Sequence record: OQ921332.1
DNA from: Escherichia phage vB_EcoP_PAS59
Direction: 5' to 3' (one strand)
Length of the DNA: 64,000 nucleotides
Shown: in pieces, positions 35,291-43,846 of the stretch
Layout: every line of letters starts with the position of its first letter
Position numbering within the stretch: position 1 is the stretch's first letter
The notes under the pieces: generated by a model
The model's database searches: none
The model's input: only the letters and a program-made list of their open reading frames with translations
What the model was told of the DNA's origin: nothing
Made by a program: the position numbers and the translations under genes

Positions 35291-37012
35291 ATGGATAACC
35301 CTGATAAGTTACCTTTCATAACGGAGATGACAGTCGCTGATATAATCTCAAAACAGGCGAAGCATGGAGTCAACTTCAACAGAAGAAACGCTCGGTGGTT
35401 TGTTCATCTTCTCAAAGAGATTATTGTCAATATTGATAAAGAACTGATTCCTCTCCTCCCCAAAATGCGGGTGGATGGTTCAACTTATTCTAAACCTTTT
35501 AAGAAATCAGGTGCTTTACAGAAGTGGCCTCAGCTCTATTGCGATAGGGTTGGTCTTAAAAGAGAAGATATCGGTGGGGCGTTTACTTGCGTTGAGTATG
35601 TAGATTTTGACCCATCAAAAGATGCACGTATTAAAGAAGCCTTGATGGATGAAGGTTTTATACCTCCAGAGTGGAATTATTCTAAGAAACCTTGGAATAC
35701 TTTTGAAATTCGTAAAGCTATGAAGAAGTATGGTACATACTCTGCATGGTATTCTGCTTGGATTCGAGGTAACGCTAAAGAGAAACAGACAGCAGAGATG
35801 ATAGATGCTGATATCCGAAGGTTTTTGGATAAGCACTTCCGTTATCACACTGTCAATTATATGAAAGCCTATGTCAGCGGTTTAGGTCTTAACCCTAACA
35901 GGAAGAAGCCTGTAACCTTTGATGAAATCAAAAAAGCTTTGGCTACATCAAACAAGTGGCCTACAGCCCCTACAAACCTTGAGGAGACTCTTGAAGAGGG
36001 GCTTGGGGGTGAACTAGGGGGTGTAGGAAGTTTGCTTAAGAGACGCGTTGTAGCGGCTCACAGGCTAGGTTTGATTAGCGGGCTTATCGACAAGGAACGT
36101 AAAGATGGTAAACTGTCCGCCGAAGCTAATAGCTGCGCTACTCCGACATTTCGTTTTAAACATCGCATTGTTGTTAATATTCCTTCTCGCGGTTTGTTTG
36201 GTCACGAGTGCCGCAGTCTTTTTCAATCTGACTATTCCTCAGACGATAGTCATAACCATCCTTTCATCATTACCAACCATATCCCTGATGGGTGTTACGT
36301 ACGAAAGGGTACTAACATTATCTACGAAATGGGAAAACCGGGCAAGAAAGACAAACCAATAGGTGCTTATAAATTTTATGTACCTGCTGGTCGTGAAGTC
36401 TTCTTAGGTTATGATGGCTCTGGTCTTGAGCTGAGGATGCTTGCTCATTACCTTATCAAAGAGTGTCGTGAGATGCTCGCTGAAGCAGAGCGGGAAAACA
36501 ACCCAGCTAAGAAACGGGAAGCTGAACGCGGTCTAGCTTCTGCTGTTATGTACAGAGATATTCTTTTAGAAGGGGATATTCACTCACATAACCAAAAACT
36601 TGCTGGCCTTCCTACTCGTGATAATGCTAAAACGTTTATCTACGCATTCAACTACGGAGCTGGTGACGCTAAGTTAGGAAGCATCGTAGGTGGTGGCTCT
36701 GATGAAGGGGCTGTCATGAGGGCAAGATTCTTAGCAGAGAATCCTTGTATTGCAATTCTTATTGAACGTATGACAGAGAAAGCACAAAGTGGATACATCT
36801 ACGGTGTGGATGGACGTCGTATTACAATGAGGAGGGATGCAACTGGAAAGGTTATGGTTCATAAAGCCTTAAACACCCTCTTACAGAGCGCTGGGGCGAT
36901 TGTTATGAAGTATGCAATGCTATTCCTTAATAAATGGATTGAGCGTGATGGTGTTCGTTGTGCGAAGGTTATTGACATGCATAAACTTCATTGTGCATGT
37001 AAAAGTTGGTGA
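35291..37012 (+). CDS. family-A DNA polymerase, polymerase domain (separate ORF, ~8.3 kb downstream of the exonuclease ORF)
   Basis: ORF track 35288..37012; motif A GYDGSGLELRMLAHY; motif B RDNAKTFIYAFNYGAG; NTLLQSAGA; collinear with T7 gp5 from about residue 200. Confidence 0.85.
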   Translation: MDNPDKLPFITEMTVADIISKQAKHGVNFNRRNARWFVHLLKEIIVNIDKELIPLLPKMRVDGSTYSKPFKKSGALQKWPQLYCDRVGLKREDIGGAFTCVEYVDFDPSKDARIKEALMDEGFIPPEWNYSKKPWNTFEIRKAMKKYGTYSAWYSAWIRGNAKEKQTAEMIDADIRRFLDKHFRYHTVNYMKAYVSGLGLNPNRKKPVTFDEIKKALATSNKWPTAPTNLEETLEEGLGGELGGVGSLLKRRVVAAHRLGLISGLIDKERKDGKLSAEANSCATPTFRFKHRIVVNIPSRGLFGHECRSLFQSDYSSDDSHNHPFIITNHIPDGCYVRKGTNIIYEMGKPGKKDKPIGAYKFYVPAGREVFLGYDGSGLELRMLAHYLIKECREMLAEAERENNPAKKREAERGLASAVMYRDILLEGDIHSHNQKLAGLPTRDNAKTFIYAFNYGAGDAKLGSIVGGGSDEGAVMRARFLAENPCIAILIERMTEKAQSGYIYGVDGRRITMRRDATGKVMVHKALNTLLQSAGAIVMKYAMLFLNKWIERDGVRCAKVIDMHKLHCACKSW

Positions 37013-37073
37013 ACTCGGTGAAACCCGACCATTAAGTTGAGGGCAATACCGAGCTAAGCTATTAGGAGGTGAT

Positions 37074-37469
37074 ATGGCTAAGAAAGATCTAGTGTTAGAA
37101 ACTACTGACACAGGATGTATCATCCCTATCTCACACAAACTTAATAAAGATGGTTACTTCAGAAAGGTAATAGATGGCAAATGGGTCATGTATCACCGAT
37201 ACGTCATGGAAGAAAAGTTTGGAAAGATTCCTGATGGGTTTGAAGTAAACCATAAATGCAAGAACAGAGCTTGCTGTAACACAGACCACCTAGAGATTCT
37301 ATGGGGGAGTGCTCATGCAATAGAATCCAATACAGGTAGAAACAGAGAAAGACAGGAAGCTGCTAAAGAATTCTGGCTTAATAATGAATGTACCGGTGTT
37401 GCTCTTGCGGAAAGATTTGGTGTGAGCTTTGGAATCGCTTGTAGATGGATTCGAAAGTGGAAAGTGTAG
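37074..37469 (+). CDS. HNH homing endonuclease inserted in the DNA polymerase gene
   Basis: ORF track; RBS AGGAGG; EVNHKCKNRACCNTDHLEILWGSAHAIESNTG. Confidence 0.75.
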   Translation: MAKKDLVLETTDTGCIIPISHKLNKDGYFRKVIDGKWVMYHRYVMEEKFGKIPDGFEVNHKCKNRACCNTDHLEILWGSAHAIESNTGRNRERQEAAKEFWLNNECTGVALAERFGVSFGIACRWIRKWKV

Positions 37470-37586
37470 AGACTATCCTTTGGGAGTAGGGGGTTAACAG
37501 GGAAACCCTCGAAGCGCCAACAACAGCAAATTAGCTATGCTGTTATGATATAGTCCGATACCCGAAGTAATTTGGGAATAACATAA

Positions 37587-37742
37587 ATGGATGAAGGTCA
37601 GTTCACTGTACATCGTGATGATGTTAACAAACTTCGTACCCTCACTGAAGAGTGTGTTCGTAAAGCAGGAGAGTACCTCAAGATGGAATGTCCTCTGGCA
37701 TCTGATTGCAAAATTGGATTAAACTGGAATCACACCCACTAA
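37587..37742 (+). CDS. DNA polymerase C-terminal segment (51 codons), separate mini-ORF or 3' exon
   Basis: translation MDEGQFTVHRDDVNKLRTLTEE...CKIGLNWNHTH aligns with the T7 gp5 C-terminus (...GKMGPNWAICH); in-frame TAA immediately precedes the ATG. Confidence 0.5.
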   Translation: MDEGQFTVHRDDVNKLRTLTEECVRKAGEYLKMECPLASDCKIGLNWNHTH

Positions 37743-37759
37743 TTTGTAGTGGAGGAATA

Positions 37760-37951
37760 ATGACTAGACATGTACATGAAACATGGGCCATTACGGGAGC
37801 AAAAGATGCAATTGTTTGCTGTAATGGACATTTCTGCATCTATAACACAGAAAGAAAAGCTATTCAAGAAGCGGCTGAGTTAATGGAAGAGTTTCCTGAT
37901 AAAGATTTCTCCATTAAGAATTTAACCATCAATCTCCCGTGGAAGAGCTGA
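37760..37951 (+). CDS. hypothetical small protein
   Basis: internal ATG of ORF track 37706..37951 behind GGAGG. Confidence 0.35.
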   Translation: MTRHVHETWAITGAKDAIVCCNGHFCIYNTERKAIQEAAELMEEFPDKDFSIKNLTINLPWKS

Positions 37952-38306
37952 ATCGTATTACGAAATGAACTAGTCTTATTGATTAGTTCTTTTTAAGGAG
38001 ACAAGGAAGTGGAAGAAGTAAAAAGTTCTGAATGGTGCTTGAAGCAACAAAAACTCGCACAGGAAGAAGGACGTTTTGATGATGCCAAAGTGTATGGGGA
38101 GCTTTTCCGTACATGGGTTGAACGAGAGGAGAAAGATCAATGATGGATTTGATTCGTAAACCTGCTCCAAAATGGAATGTATATTTCCAAGATGCTACAG
38201 GAAAATTTCACAACCAACTGGTTTATTCTGACGAAGAACGCGATGAAGTCGCTGCTCAGATTAAAGCAGGCGGTGGTACAGTTCTCAAAATTTATGAAAG
38301 GGAGTA

Positions 38307-38552
38307 ATGATGACTTTAACATCTAAAGAATTAAAAGAGACTTTGGAAACAACTGAAGGTAAGCAATTCTTTGTTGCACAGATTCATTCTATGGGCAAAG
38401 ATTCACTACGTCAGGCTTTGTATGAACTAACTACTGCGGTTCTTCAAACAGAAGCTGACGCTGAAGAAGCTCTAATTAAGCTAGAAGCCGCTCAGGCTGA
38501 AATTAATGGTTTGAAAGTTCGTATCAGTGAACTGGAAACACAGAATAAATAA
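38307..38552 (+). CDS. hypothetical helical protein
   Basis: ORF track. Confidence 0.4.
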   Translation: MMTLTSKELKETLETTEGKQFFVAQIHSMGKDSLRQALYELTTAVLQTEADAEEALIKLEAAQAEINGLKVRISELETQNK

Positions 38553-38576
38553 GCTACCTTCGGGTGGCTTTTCTTG
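38552..38576 (+). terminator. rho-independent terminator
   Basis: AGCTACC-ttcg-GGTGGCT followed by TTTTCTT. Confidence 0.55.
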
Positions 38577-38590
38577 TCTAAGAGGCTAGT

Positions 38591-38983
38591 ATGAATATTG
38601 GTTTAGATTATGATGATACTTTTACAGTGGACAAGGAGATGTGGACCCACATTGTAGGTCTTATGAAATCTCGTGGACATGATGTTCGTATCGTCACTTA
38701 TCGTTTTGCTCAGCCCAATGGGTATTCAAATGAAGAGCTTCTAGCAGATGCAGCAAGTCTAGATATTCCTGTTATCTTTTGCAACGGTGTTCAGAAGGAT
38801 TCTGTCACTCAGAGCTTGGGTTTCTTTGTGGATGTTTGGATTGATGACTTCCCTGTCGGTATCCCTAAAATGGACCACCTAGATGGAATGCTAAAGGGTG
38901 TAAGACTTAATGACCTTAAAGCAGCACCTCCGGTAGAAATAGCCTCTCCTGTGTACTCTGAAGAGCCTCTGGTGATACGATGA
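38591..38983 (+). CDS. HAD-superfamily hydrolase-like protein (possible nucleotidase)
   Basis: ORF track; motif I GLDYDDT; later VWIDDF. Confidence 0.4.
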   Translation: MNIGLDYDDTFTVDKEMWTHIVGLMKSRGHDVRIVTYRFAQPNGYSNEELLADAASLDIPVIFCNGVQKDSVTQSLGFFVDVWIDDFPVGIPKMDHLDGMLKGVRLNDLKAAPPVEIASPVYSEEPLVIR

Positions 38984-39155
38984 AGAAGTTTCTAATCTGG
39001 TCTATTGTAATTGCTCTGTTTCTTTGGGTGATGGATGCTCTTGGAGATTATAGCAAAGAAGACTGTGAGACTCGAATCTCTCAAGAGTTTAAATCAGAGA
39101 CCAAGTGGGTTGATGGTCGCTGTTACATCAAGGATTGGGGAAGGGTCTTATCAAG

Positions 39156-39335
39156 ATGAAGAAATACAGCGTGTGGTTCAATGAGGTAGAAGAGGGTTTT
39201 GATGAAGTTGGTGGTTGGGTTAATATCCTAAACACAGACGACATAGAAGAGGCCGAGAAATGCGCCCTAAACTACAACTCTGGATATTATGAAAGAAATT
39301 GGGAGCACGATGAAATACTACAAAGTAGTTTATAA
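39156..39335 (+). CDS. small acidic protein (paralog of 39903..40070)
   Basis: internal ATG of ORF track 39135..39335; Y.VW..E...GW..IL.TDD.EEAE. Confidence 0.4.
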   Translation: MKKYSVWFNEVEEGFDEVGGWVNILNTDDIEEAEKCALNYNSGYYERNWEHDEILQSSL

Positions 39336-39495
39336 GTTAAATTTATACCTTCGTGGAACAGGCAGTCTTGAAGTGTCAGGGTGTAAAGTTGTAGAAGAAG
39401 AAAACCCTATTAAAGCTGTTGAGAAGGTTAAAGAGACTATTAAGCTTGAAGAAATAGGAAGTTTTGAATTAGTTGATATTGAGGAAGTTAAATGA
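39310..39495 (+). CDS. hypothetical small protein
   Basis: internal ATG of ORF track 39289..39495. Confidence 0.35.
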   Translation: MKYYKVVYKLNLYLRGTGSLEVSGCKVVEEENPIKAVEKVKETIKLEEIGSFELVDIEEVK

Positions 39496-39716
39496 TTTGG
39501 GTTCATACTTATAAGATTGGAAAGAAAATAGTTGACCGAATTCACTATGATGAAGCAGAAGCTCAGGCTTCTCTGGCAGTTCTTGGTGGTAAGGTGAGGA
39601 ATTATGTAGAGGCTGGTAAGCCAGTTAACAATCCACCTGTTCTAGAGTATCTCGGAACAAACAATCCAATCACAGCAATGTCAATCATCAACAATAAACA
39701 AAGGGAGTTGTTATAA
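39492..39716 (+). CDS. hypothetical small protein
   Basis: ORF track. Confidence 0.4.
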   Translation: MIWVHTYKIGKKIVDRIHYDEAEAQASLAVLGGKVRNYVEAGKPVNNPPVLEYLGTNNPITAMSIINNKQRELL

Positions 39717-39919
39717 TGACTAATGAATATATTATTAAAAATGATGCGACAGGTTTGTTTCAATTCATCACAGATGCGACAGACTATGGACAACTTATCA
39801 ATTTCGTAGAACTTGCAAAGCTCAAGGAAGAAATTGATGCTCTATATGCCGACGAGCAATCTAAACTCCTACAAGAGTCTCTAAGTGGAGATTACATCTG
39901 TGATGGTTGCACAATCTAA
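39716..39919 (+). CDS. hypothetical small protein
   Basis: ORF track. Confidence 0.4.
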   Translation: MTNEYIIKNDATGLFQFITDATDYGQLINFVELAKLKEEIDALYADEQSKLLQESLSGDYICDGCTI

Positions 39920-40070
39920 ACGATATAAAGTCTGGCTAGATGAAGGAGCTGAGTATCCTGAAGGTTTTGGCTGGAAAGTTATTCTGGAAACAGATGATAT
40001 GGAGGAGGCTGAAACGAAAGCTGAATCTTTCAACTACTCATATTATGAGGACACATACGAGAATGGCTGA
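39903..40070 (+). CDS. small acidic protein (paralog of 39156..39335)
   Basis: internal ATG of ORF track 39885..40070. Confidence 0.4.
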   Translation: MVAQSKRYKVWLDEGAEYPEGFGWKVILETDDMEEAETKAESFNYSYYEDTYENG

Positions 40071-40569
40071 AGTTTATTTTGCAGGTGATGGTCACCTAGG
40101 CCATCGTAATATTTGTAACTTTAGAAAGAAGTTTAGTAGTATTGAAGAGCATGACAAAGCTATCTTAGCAGCGTTTGATCATGTTACTAAACGTGATAAA
40201 ACTTTCTTTACAGGTGACTGGGTGTTTGAGAAGTATGCACTTGATATTATCGCTGAAGTAAAAGGAGAGAAGCATCTTGTCTTAGGGAACCATGACAGAT
40301 TAGAACTTCTCCCTGATATGATGAAAGTCTTTAGACACATCAGTGGTGATTATAAGTACAAAGAGTTTTGGGTAACTCATATTCCTATTCACTCTGATGA
40401 AATGAGAGGAAAGTATAATATCTATGCTCATACTCATAATCATGTGATTGATGATTGGAGATACTTCTGTACTTCGATGGAACAAATCAACTTTAAAGCT
40501 GTATCTCTGCAAGAGATTAGGAAGACCTTTGATGAAAGAAGAAAAGAACAAAGTATCATCACTATTTAA
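40063..40569 (+). CDS. calcineurin-like metallophosphatase
   Basis: internal ATG of ORF track 39940..40569; motifs GDGHLGH, LGNHD, AHTHNH. Confidence 0.6.
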   Translation: MAEVYFAGDGHLGHRNICNFRKKFSSIEEHDKAILAAFDHVTKRDKTFFTGDWVFEKYALDIIAEVKGEKHLVLGNHDRLELLPDMMKVFRHISGDYKYKEFWVTHIPIHSDEMRGKYNIYAHTHNHVIDDWRYFCTSMEQINFKAVSLQEIRKTFDERRKEQSIITI

Positions 40570-41045
40570 ACCACCTGTTGTTTATAAAGATAGTCTCAGA
40601 GATCAATACAGTAAGATGTTAAAAGATCAAGCTGAATCTAACTTACTTTATCAGCGAATAGTAGAAGAATCTAGATTAAAAGGAATGATGGAGTGGTAAC
40701 TTATGTTCTTTACTTCTTAGCTTTCTTAGGAATAATCTTTTTATCTATTATTATTGAATTTGGTTTAAGTAAGTTAGTTAACTATTTAGGTAGTAAGTAA
40801 TTAATATTCTTTTAAATAGAGAATCAAAGTCCCTAGGAGTCCCCACAACCTAAATCAAGGATTCCTTAATTCTCTATTTTTATCTCGCAGGTGTCTCCTG
40901 CCCTTCGGTACTTGCAAGGGTTACAATGATTGCCCAATATACAAGCCTGCAATAGCTTTACTAGCTATACCATATATACATTACTACTTGTCATTATCTA
41001 CTACCAAAAAGGTTATAGTATAATAGAACCTTATCTGTATAGGTG

Positions 41046-41057
41046 TAATGTATATAG
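41046..41057 (+). promoter_or_regulatory. candidate phage-sigma promoter motif TAATGTATATAG
   Basis: ~57 nt upstream of the SSB-like gene; same motif on the minus strand upstream of the 1481-aa gene. Confidence 0.45.
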
Positions 41058-41113
41058 TATACAAACCGCTCAAAGAGAGCAACAATCTTAAATCTATATA
41101 AGGAAATATTAAT

Positions 41114-41854
41114 ATGTCTATGATCCCTGAACTGTCTGTATCCCGTAAATCCAACTACGATGTAATCCCTGATGGTGAGTACGAAGCACGTATTGTTCGT
41201 GTTGTAGGTTTGGGTGTTCACAATCGTGACCCTTGGATTGACCCTAAGACCAAAGCAGTTACCCCTAAGAACCCAGCTTTCCGTATGGACTTAGCTTTTG
41301 AGCTGATTGGCGTAGATGCAACAGGGACTGATAATGAAGGCAAACCTCTGGACCCTCGTCCTGCTTGCCAGTTTAAATCTTTCGATGTAAACCCACGAGC
41401 TAAGAACTCTGGTATTCTAAATCTGATTAAAATGATCGACCCAAGTGTTCAAGCACTGAAAGGTGATTTGGGTTGGTTTAAAGATATGCTGTTAGGTCAG
41501 CCTGTTAACATTCTGGTTAACTCTTACACCAATAAAGCTGGTGAGAAGAAAAACTCCATTAAAAGCATCACTCCAATCCCGACTAAATATCGTGACGCGG
41601 TAGGTGCTCCTCGTAGTGAGTTGATCTTCTTCGAACCGTATGCTGAGACTGACGCTAACTTAGCTGCTTATCAAGCAATCTTCCCATTCCAACGTAACCT
41701 CTTGACTCAAGCTAACGATGCTAAGAATATCCCTCTGGCTGGTCGTGAAGTTACTAAAGCTTCTGATACTGAACAGAAAGATGCTACTCCAAGCATCCCT
41801 ACCATTAATGAAGAGCCGCAATCAACCTTTGAAGAGGATGATTCGCCTTTCTAA
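41114..41854 (+). CDS. single-stranded DNA-binding protein (T7 gp2.5-like), putative
   Basis: ORF track; acidic C-terminal tail ending FEEDDSPF; position in the replication module. Confidence 0.45.
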   Translation: MSMIPELSVSRKSNYDVIPDGEYEARIVRVVGLGVHNRDPWIDPKTKAVTPKNPAFRMDLAFELIGVDATGTDNEGKPLDPRPACQFKSFDVNPRAKNSGILNLIKMIDPSVQALKGDLGWFKDMLLGQPVNILVNSYTNKAGEKKNSIKSITPIPTKYRDAVGAPRSELIFFEPYAETDANLAAYQAIFPFQRNLLTQANDAKNIPLAGREVTKASDTEQKDATPSIPTINEEPQSTFEEDDSPF

Positions 41855-41876
41855 GAATCTCTCCTTGTAACAGCTT

Positions 41877-41900
41877 AGCCACCTTCGGGTGGCTTTTTTC
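41877..41900 (+). terminator. rho-independent terminator (overlaps the GTG/ATG region of the next gene)
   Basis: AGCCACC-ttcg-GGTGGCT followed by TTTTTTC. Confidence 0.5.
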
Positions 41901-41912
41901 GTTGGAGTTAAA

Positions 41913-42254
41913 ATGGAAAAGCTTCAAAACAATATAGGTTTTTTAATCTTCACAGCTCTGGTTTTCTTTGGTGGTGTCAAGTTTGAGCAATACAGAAGTG
42001 ATAGTAATGCTCTTGACCATGAGAAGAAACAGCAAGAGATTGAGGTTGAGAGAGCTAAGGCTGCTGATGAAGTGGCTCAGAAAGTTCTGACTGGTTTATC
42101 TAACTGGAAGAAGAACACGGAAACTATTTACAAAGAGATGCATTATGAAAAGACTAAGCCAGTTTTTTACAATGTGTGTGCTAGTGATGAGTATGTAGGA
42201 CTTTTCAATGAACGACAGCAACAAGCAGCGGAGGCACTGAAATTAAAGAATTAG
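41913..42254 (+). CDS. i-spanin-like protein (N-terminal TM helix plus periplasmic coiled coil), putative
   Basis: internal ATG of ORF track 41889..42254; its C-terminal GLFNERQQQAA is repeated at protein level at 42743-42775. Confidence 0.4.
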   Translation: MEKLQNNIGFLIFTALVFFGGVKFEQYRSDSNALDHEKKQQEIEVERAKAADEVAQKVLTGLSNWKKNTETIYKEMHYEKTKPVFYNVCASDEYVGLFNERQQQAAEALKLKN

Positions 42255-42736
42255 TTAAATATCTATCTTACAATGAGGTTTCTGGTCTTCTCTGCTGGAA
42301 ACAGTCTGAGGATAAGAGCGCTCAGTGGAATTCAAGATTCGCTGGAAAGGTGGCAGGTTGTAAAGCCACAGATGGCTATACAGTGATTACCTATCAATAT
42401 AAACAGTACAAAGCTCATAGAATTGCTTGGTATATCAAAACTGGAGAGATTCCTGATTTTCAAATAGACCATAAAGATTTAGACAAATCTAATAATTCTT
42501 GGAGCAATCTAAGAAGAGCAACACCTGTCCTTAATAATGCCAACAAAATAGTTCAAAAGAACTCTTTAACTGGAATAAAAGGTGTAGGGTACAGGTCGGA
42601 TATTAACAAATGGAGTGCTCGCATCGGATATCAAAACAAAGTAATTTGGCTTGGTTATCACAGCACTCAAGATGGTGCAGAAAATGCTTACAAAGAAAAA
42701 GCAAAAGAGTTGTTTGGTGATTTTTCTCGCTTCTAG
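42242..42736 (+). CDS. HNH homing endonuclease; start proposed at ATT 42242
   Basis: ORF track gives 42350..42736, but the conserved N-terminal region (KELVKYLSYNEVSGLLCWK, aligning with LKRLLKYDPNSGQFTWK of 45226) lies upstream in frame with no ATG/GTG/TTG; GGAGG 7 nt before the ATT. Confidence 0.55.
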   Translation: MKELVKYLSYNEVSGLLCWKQSEDKSAQWNSRFAGKVAGCKATDGYTVITYQYKQYKAHRIAWYIKTGEIPDFQIDHKDLDKSNNSWSNLRRATPVLNNANKIVQKNSLTGIKGVGYRSDINKWSARIGYQNKVIWLGYHSTQDGAENAYKEKAKELFGDFSRF

Positions 42737-42950
42737 TTTGATGGCTTGTTCAACGAGCGACAACAGCAGGCAGCTAATGCCCTTACCAACAAACCTAAAA
42801 GCTGAATGTGATGTAGACCTCCCTTTACTTCAGAGTGGACAGGGAGTAGCACTTGCAACAACACTCGAGTGGTATCAGGACAATTATACAACCTGTGCCG
42901 CTAACCACAACGGTTTGCTTAAAGCTCTCAAGGAGAGAGGAATACAATGA
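42672..42950 (+). CDS. o-spanin-like lipoprotein, putative
   Basis: internal ATG of ORF track 42651..42950; KKKQK n-region, hydrophobic core, LMAC lipobox-like site; overlaps the remnant i-spanin 3' end in another frame. Confidence 0.4.
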   Translation: MVQKMLTKKKQKSCLVIFLASSLMACSTSDNSRQLMPLPTNLKAECDVDLPLLQSGQGVALATTLEWYQDNYTTCAANHNGLLKALKERGIQ

Positions 42951-43171
42951 TCAGAGCGGAACTTACAATACCAGAAGGTGTTACTCAGTTTCATGCAGTA
43001 TGGGAACACAATAACCAAATCTTTGGTTGTACCTTCAAGTTCTTTATTAATGAAAATGGGTCTTATTGGGCTTATTATGTCCCTGAAGATGATATATGGT
43101 CTCGGATTGGGCATCCAAGTCAACACATTCCTTGCCCTGAAACAGCAATGTATTTATTCTGCGTAGTTTAA
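42947..43171 (+). CDS. hypothetical protein
   Basis: ORF track. Confidence 0.4.
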   Translation: MIRAELTIPEGVTQFHAVWEHNNQIFGCTFKFFINENGSYWAYYVPEDDIWSRIGHPSQHIPCPETAMYLFCVV

Positions 43172-43195
43172 TATAAAGTAAGTTAAGGATGACTT

Positions 43196-43846
43196 ATGAA
43201 GAAAAAGACAACACCCACACGCTATCGTATTCATGGCATACCTATTAAATACTACCCAACCTTCGATGAATTCTATCGAGAGAATTGGAAAGTTGTGCAT
43301 AAGTATTTTATGTACGACATTAAAGATTATCACGAAGCAGAGGATGTTGCTCAGGAAGTGTTACTGAACTCTTGGCGTTTTGTATTTGCAAAGCAAGAAG
43401 AACTGCTGCTTACCGATGAAAAAGATATTGAACACATGACTTATCGTGTGAAGAATATCATCTGGTCGATTCGTTCTAATCGACAGACAGTTGGAGACAG
43501 ACGTATCTATTCTATTCCAGAGGCTGATATGTTTAGACCTCCCGAGATGAATTCATGGGAAAGTCCTTTAGAGATTGCTATGGATAAGCATGATTCTACT
43601 GGAGACCCATTCTTGGAATCTAGAATCTTTTTCTTCTTCCAAGACCTAAGTGATATTATGGAAAACCGCAAGATGGCAAGTATGTTCTCAATGCTCTTCC
43701 TCGGTATTCCTCATGATCACATCCAACAAGAGCTGGGAATTTCACACGGAACCTTCTATCGCCGTTATTCGGAGAATCGTGATCTGTATGAAGCGGTAGT
43801 AGAGAAGCACTTTGATAAAGAAGATCTTCAAGGGATGATTCAATAA
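43196..43846 (+). CDS. ECF-like sigma factor (phage-encoded), putative
   Basis: ORF track; region-2-like [15 protein letters not shown]; C-terminal HTH-like [19 protein letters not shown]. Confidence 0.5.
   Translation: MKKKTTPTRYRIHGIPIKYYPTFDEFYRENWKVVHKYFMYDIKDYHEAEDVAQEVLLNSWRFVFAKQEELLLTDEKDIEHMTYRVKNIIWSIRSNRQTVGDRRIYSIPEADMFRPPEMNSWESPLEIAMDKHDSTGDPFLESRIFFFFQDLSDIMENRKMASMFSMLFLGIPHDHIQQELGISHGTFYRRYSENRDLYEAVVEKHFDKEDLQGMIQ

Noticed and set aside
857-36362. Short ORFs from the track that lie antisense to, or in alternate frames of, plus-strand genes (for example 857..1054, 4882..5118, 9418..9861, 13354..13635, 15011..15370, 22844..23254, 24027..24411, 36105..36362)
   Set aside because: Contained within longer genes with recognisable products or better RBS context; no independent support.
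35291-37012. Intein within the DNA polymerase
   Set aside because: The interruptions are bounded by stop codons and separate RBS or start codons, not by in-frame intein splice motifs; the inserted ORF is an HNH endonuclease with its own AGGAGG RBS.
42212-42254. Programmed -1 frameshift fusing the i-spanin-like gene to the HNH gene
   Set aside because: No classical X XXY YYZ slippery heptamer in the overlap; an ATT start behind GGAGG explains the conserved upstream codons more simply.
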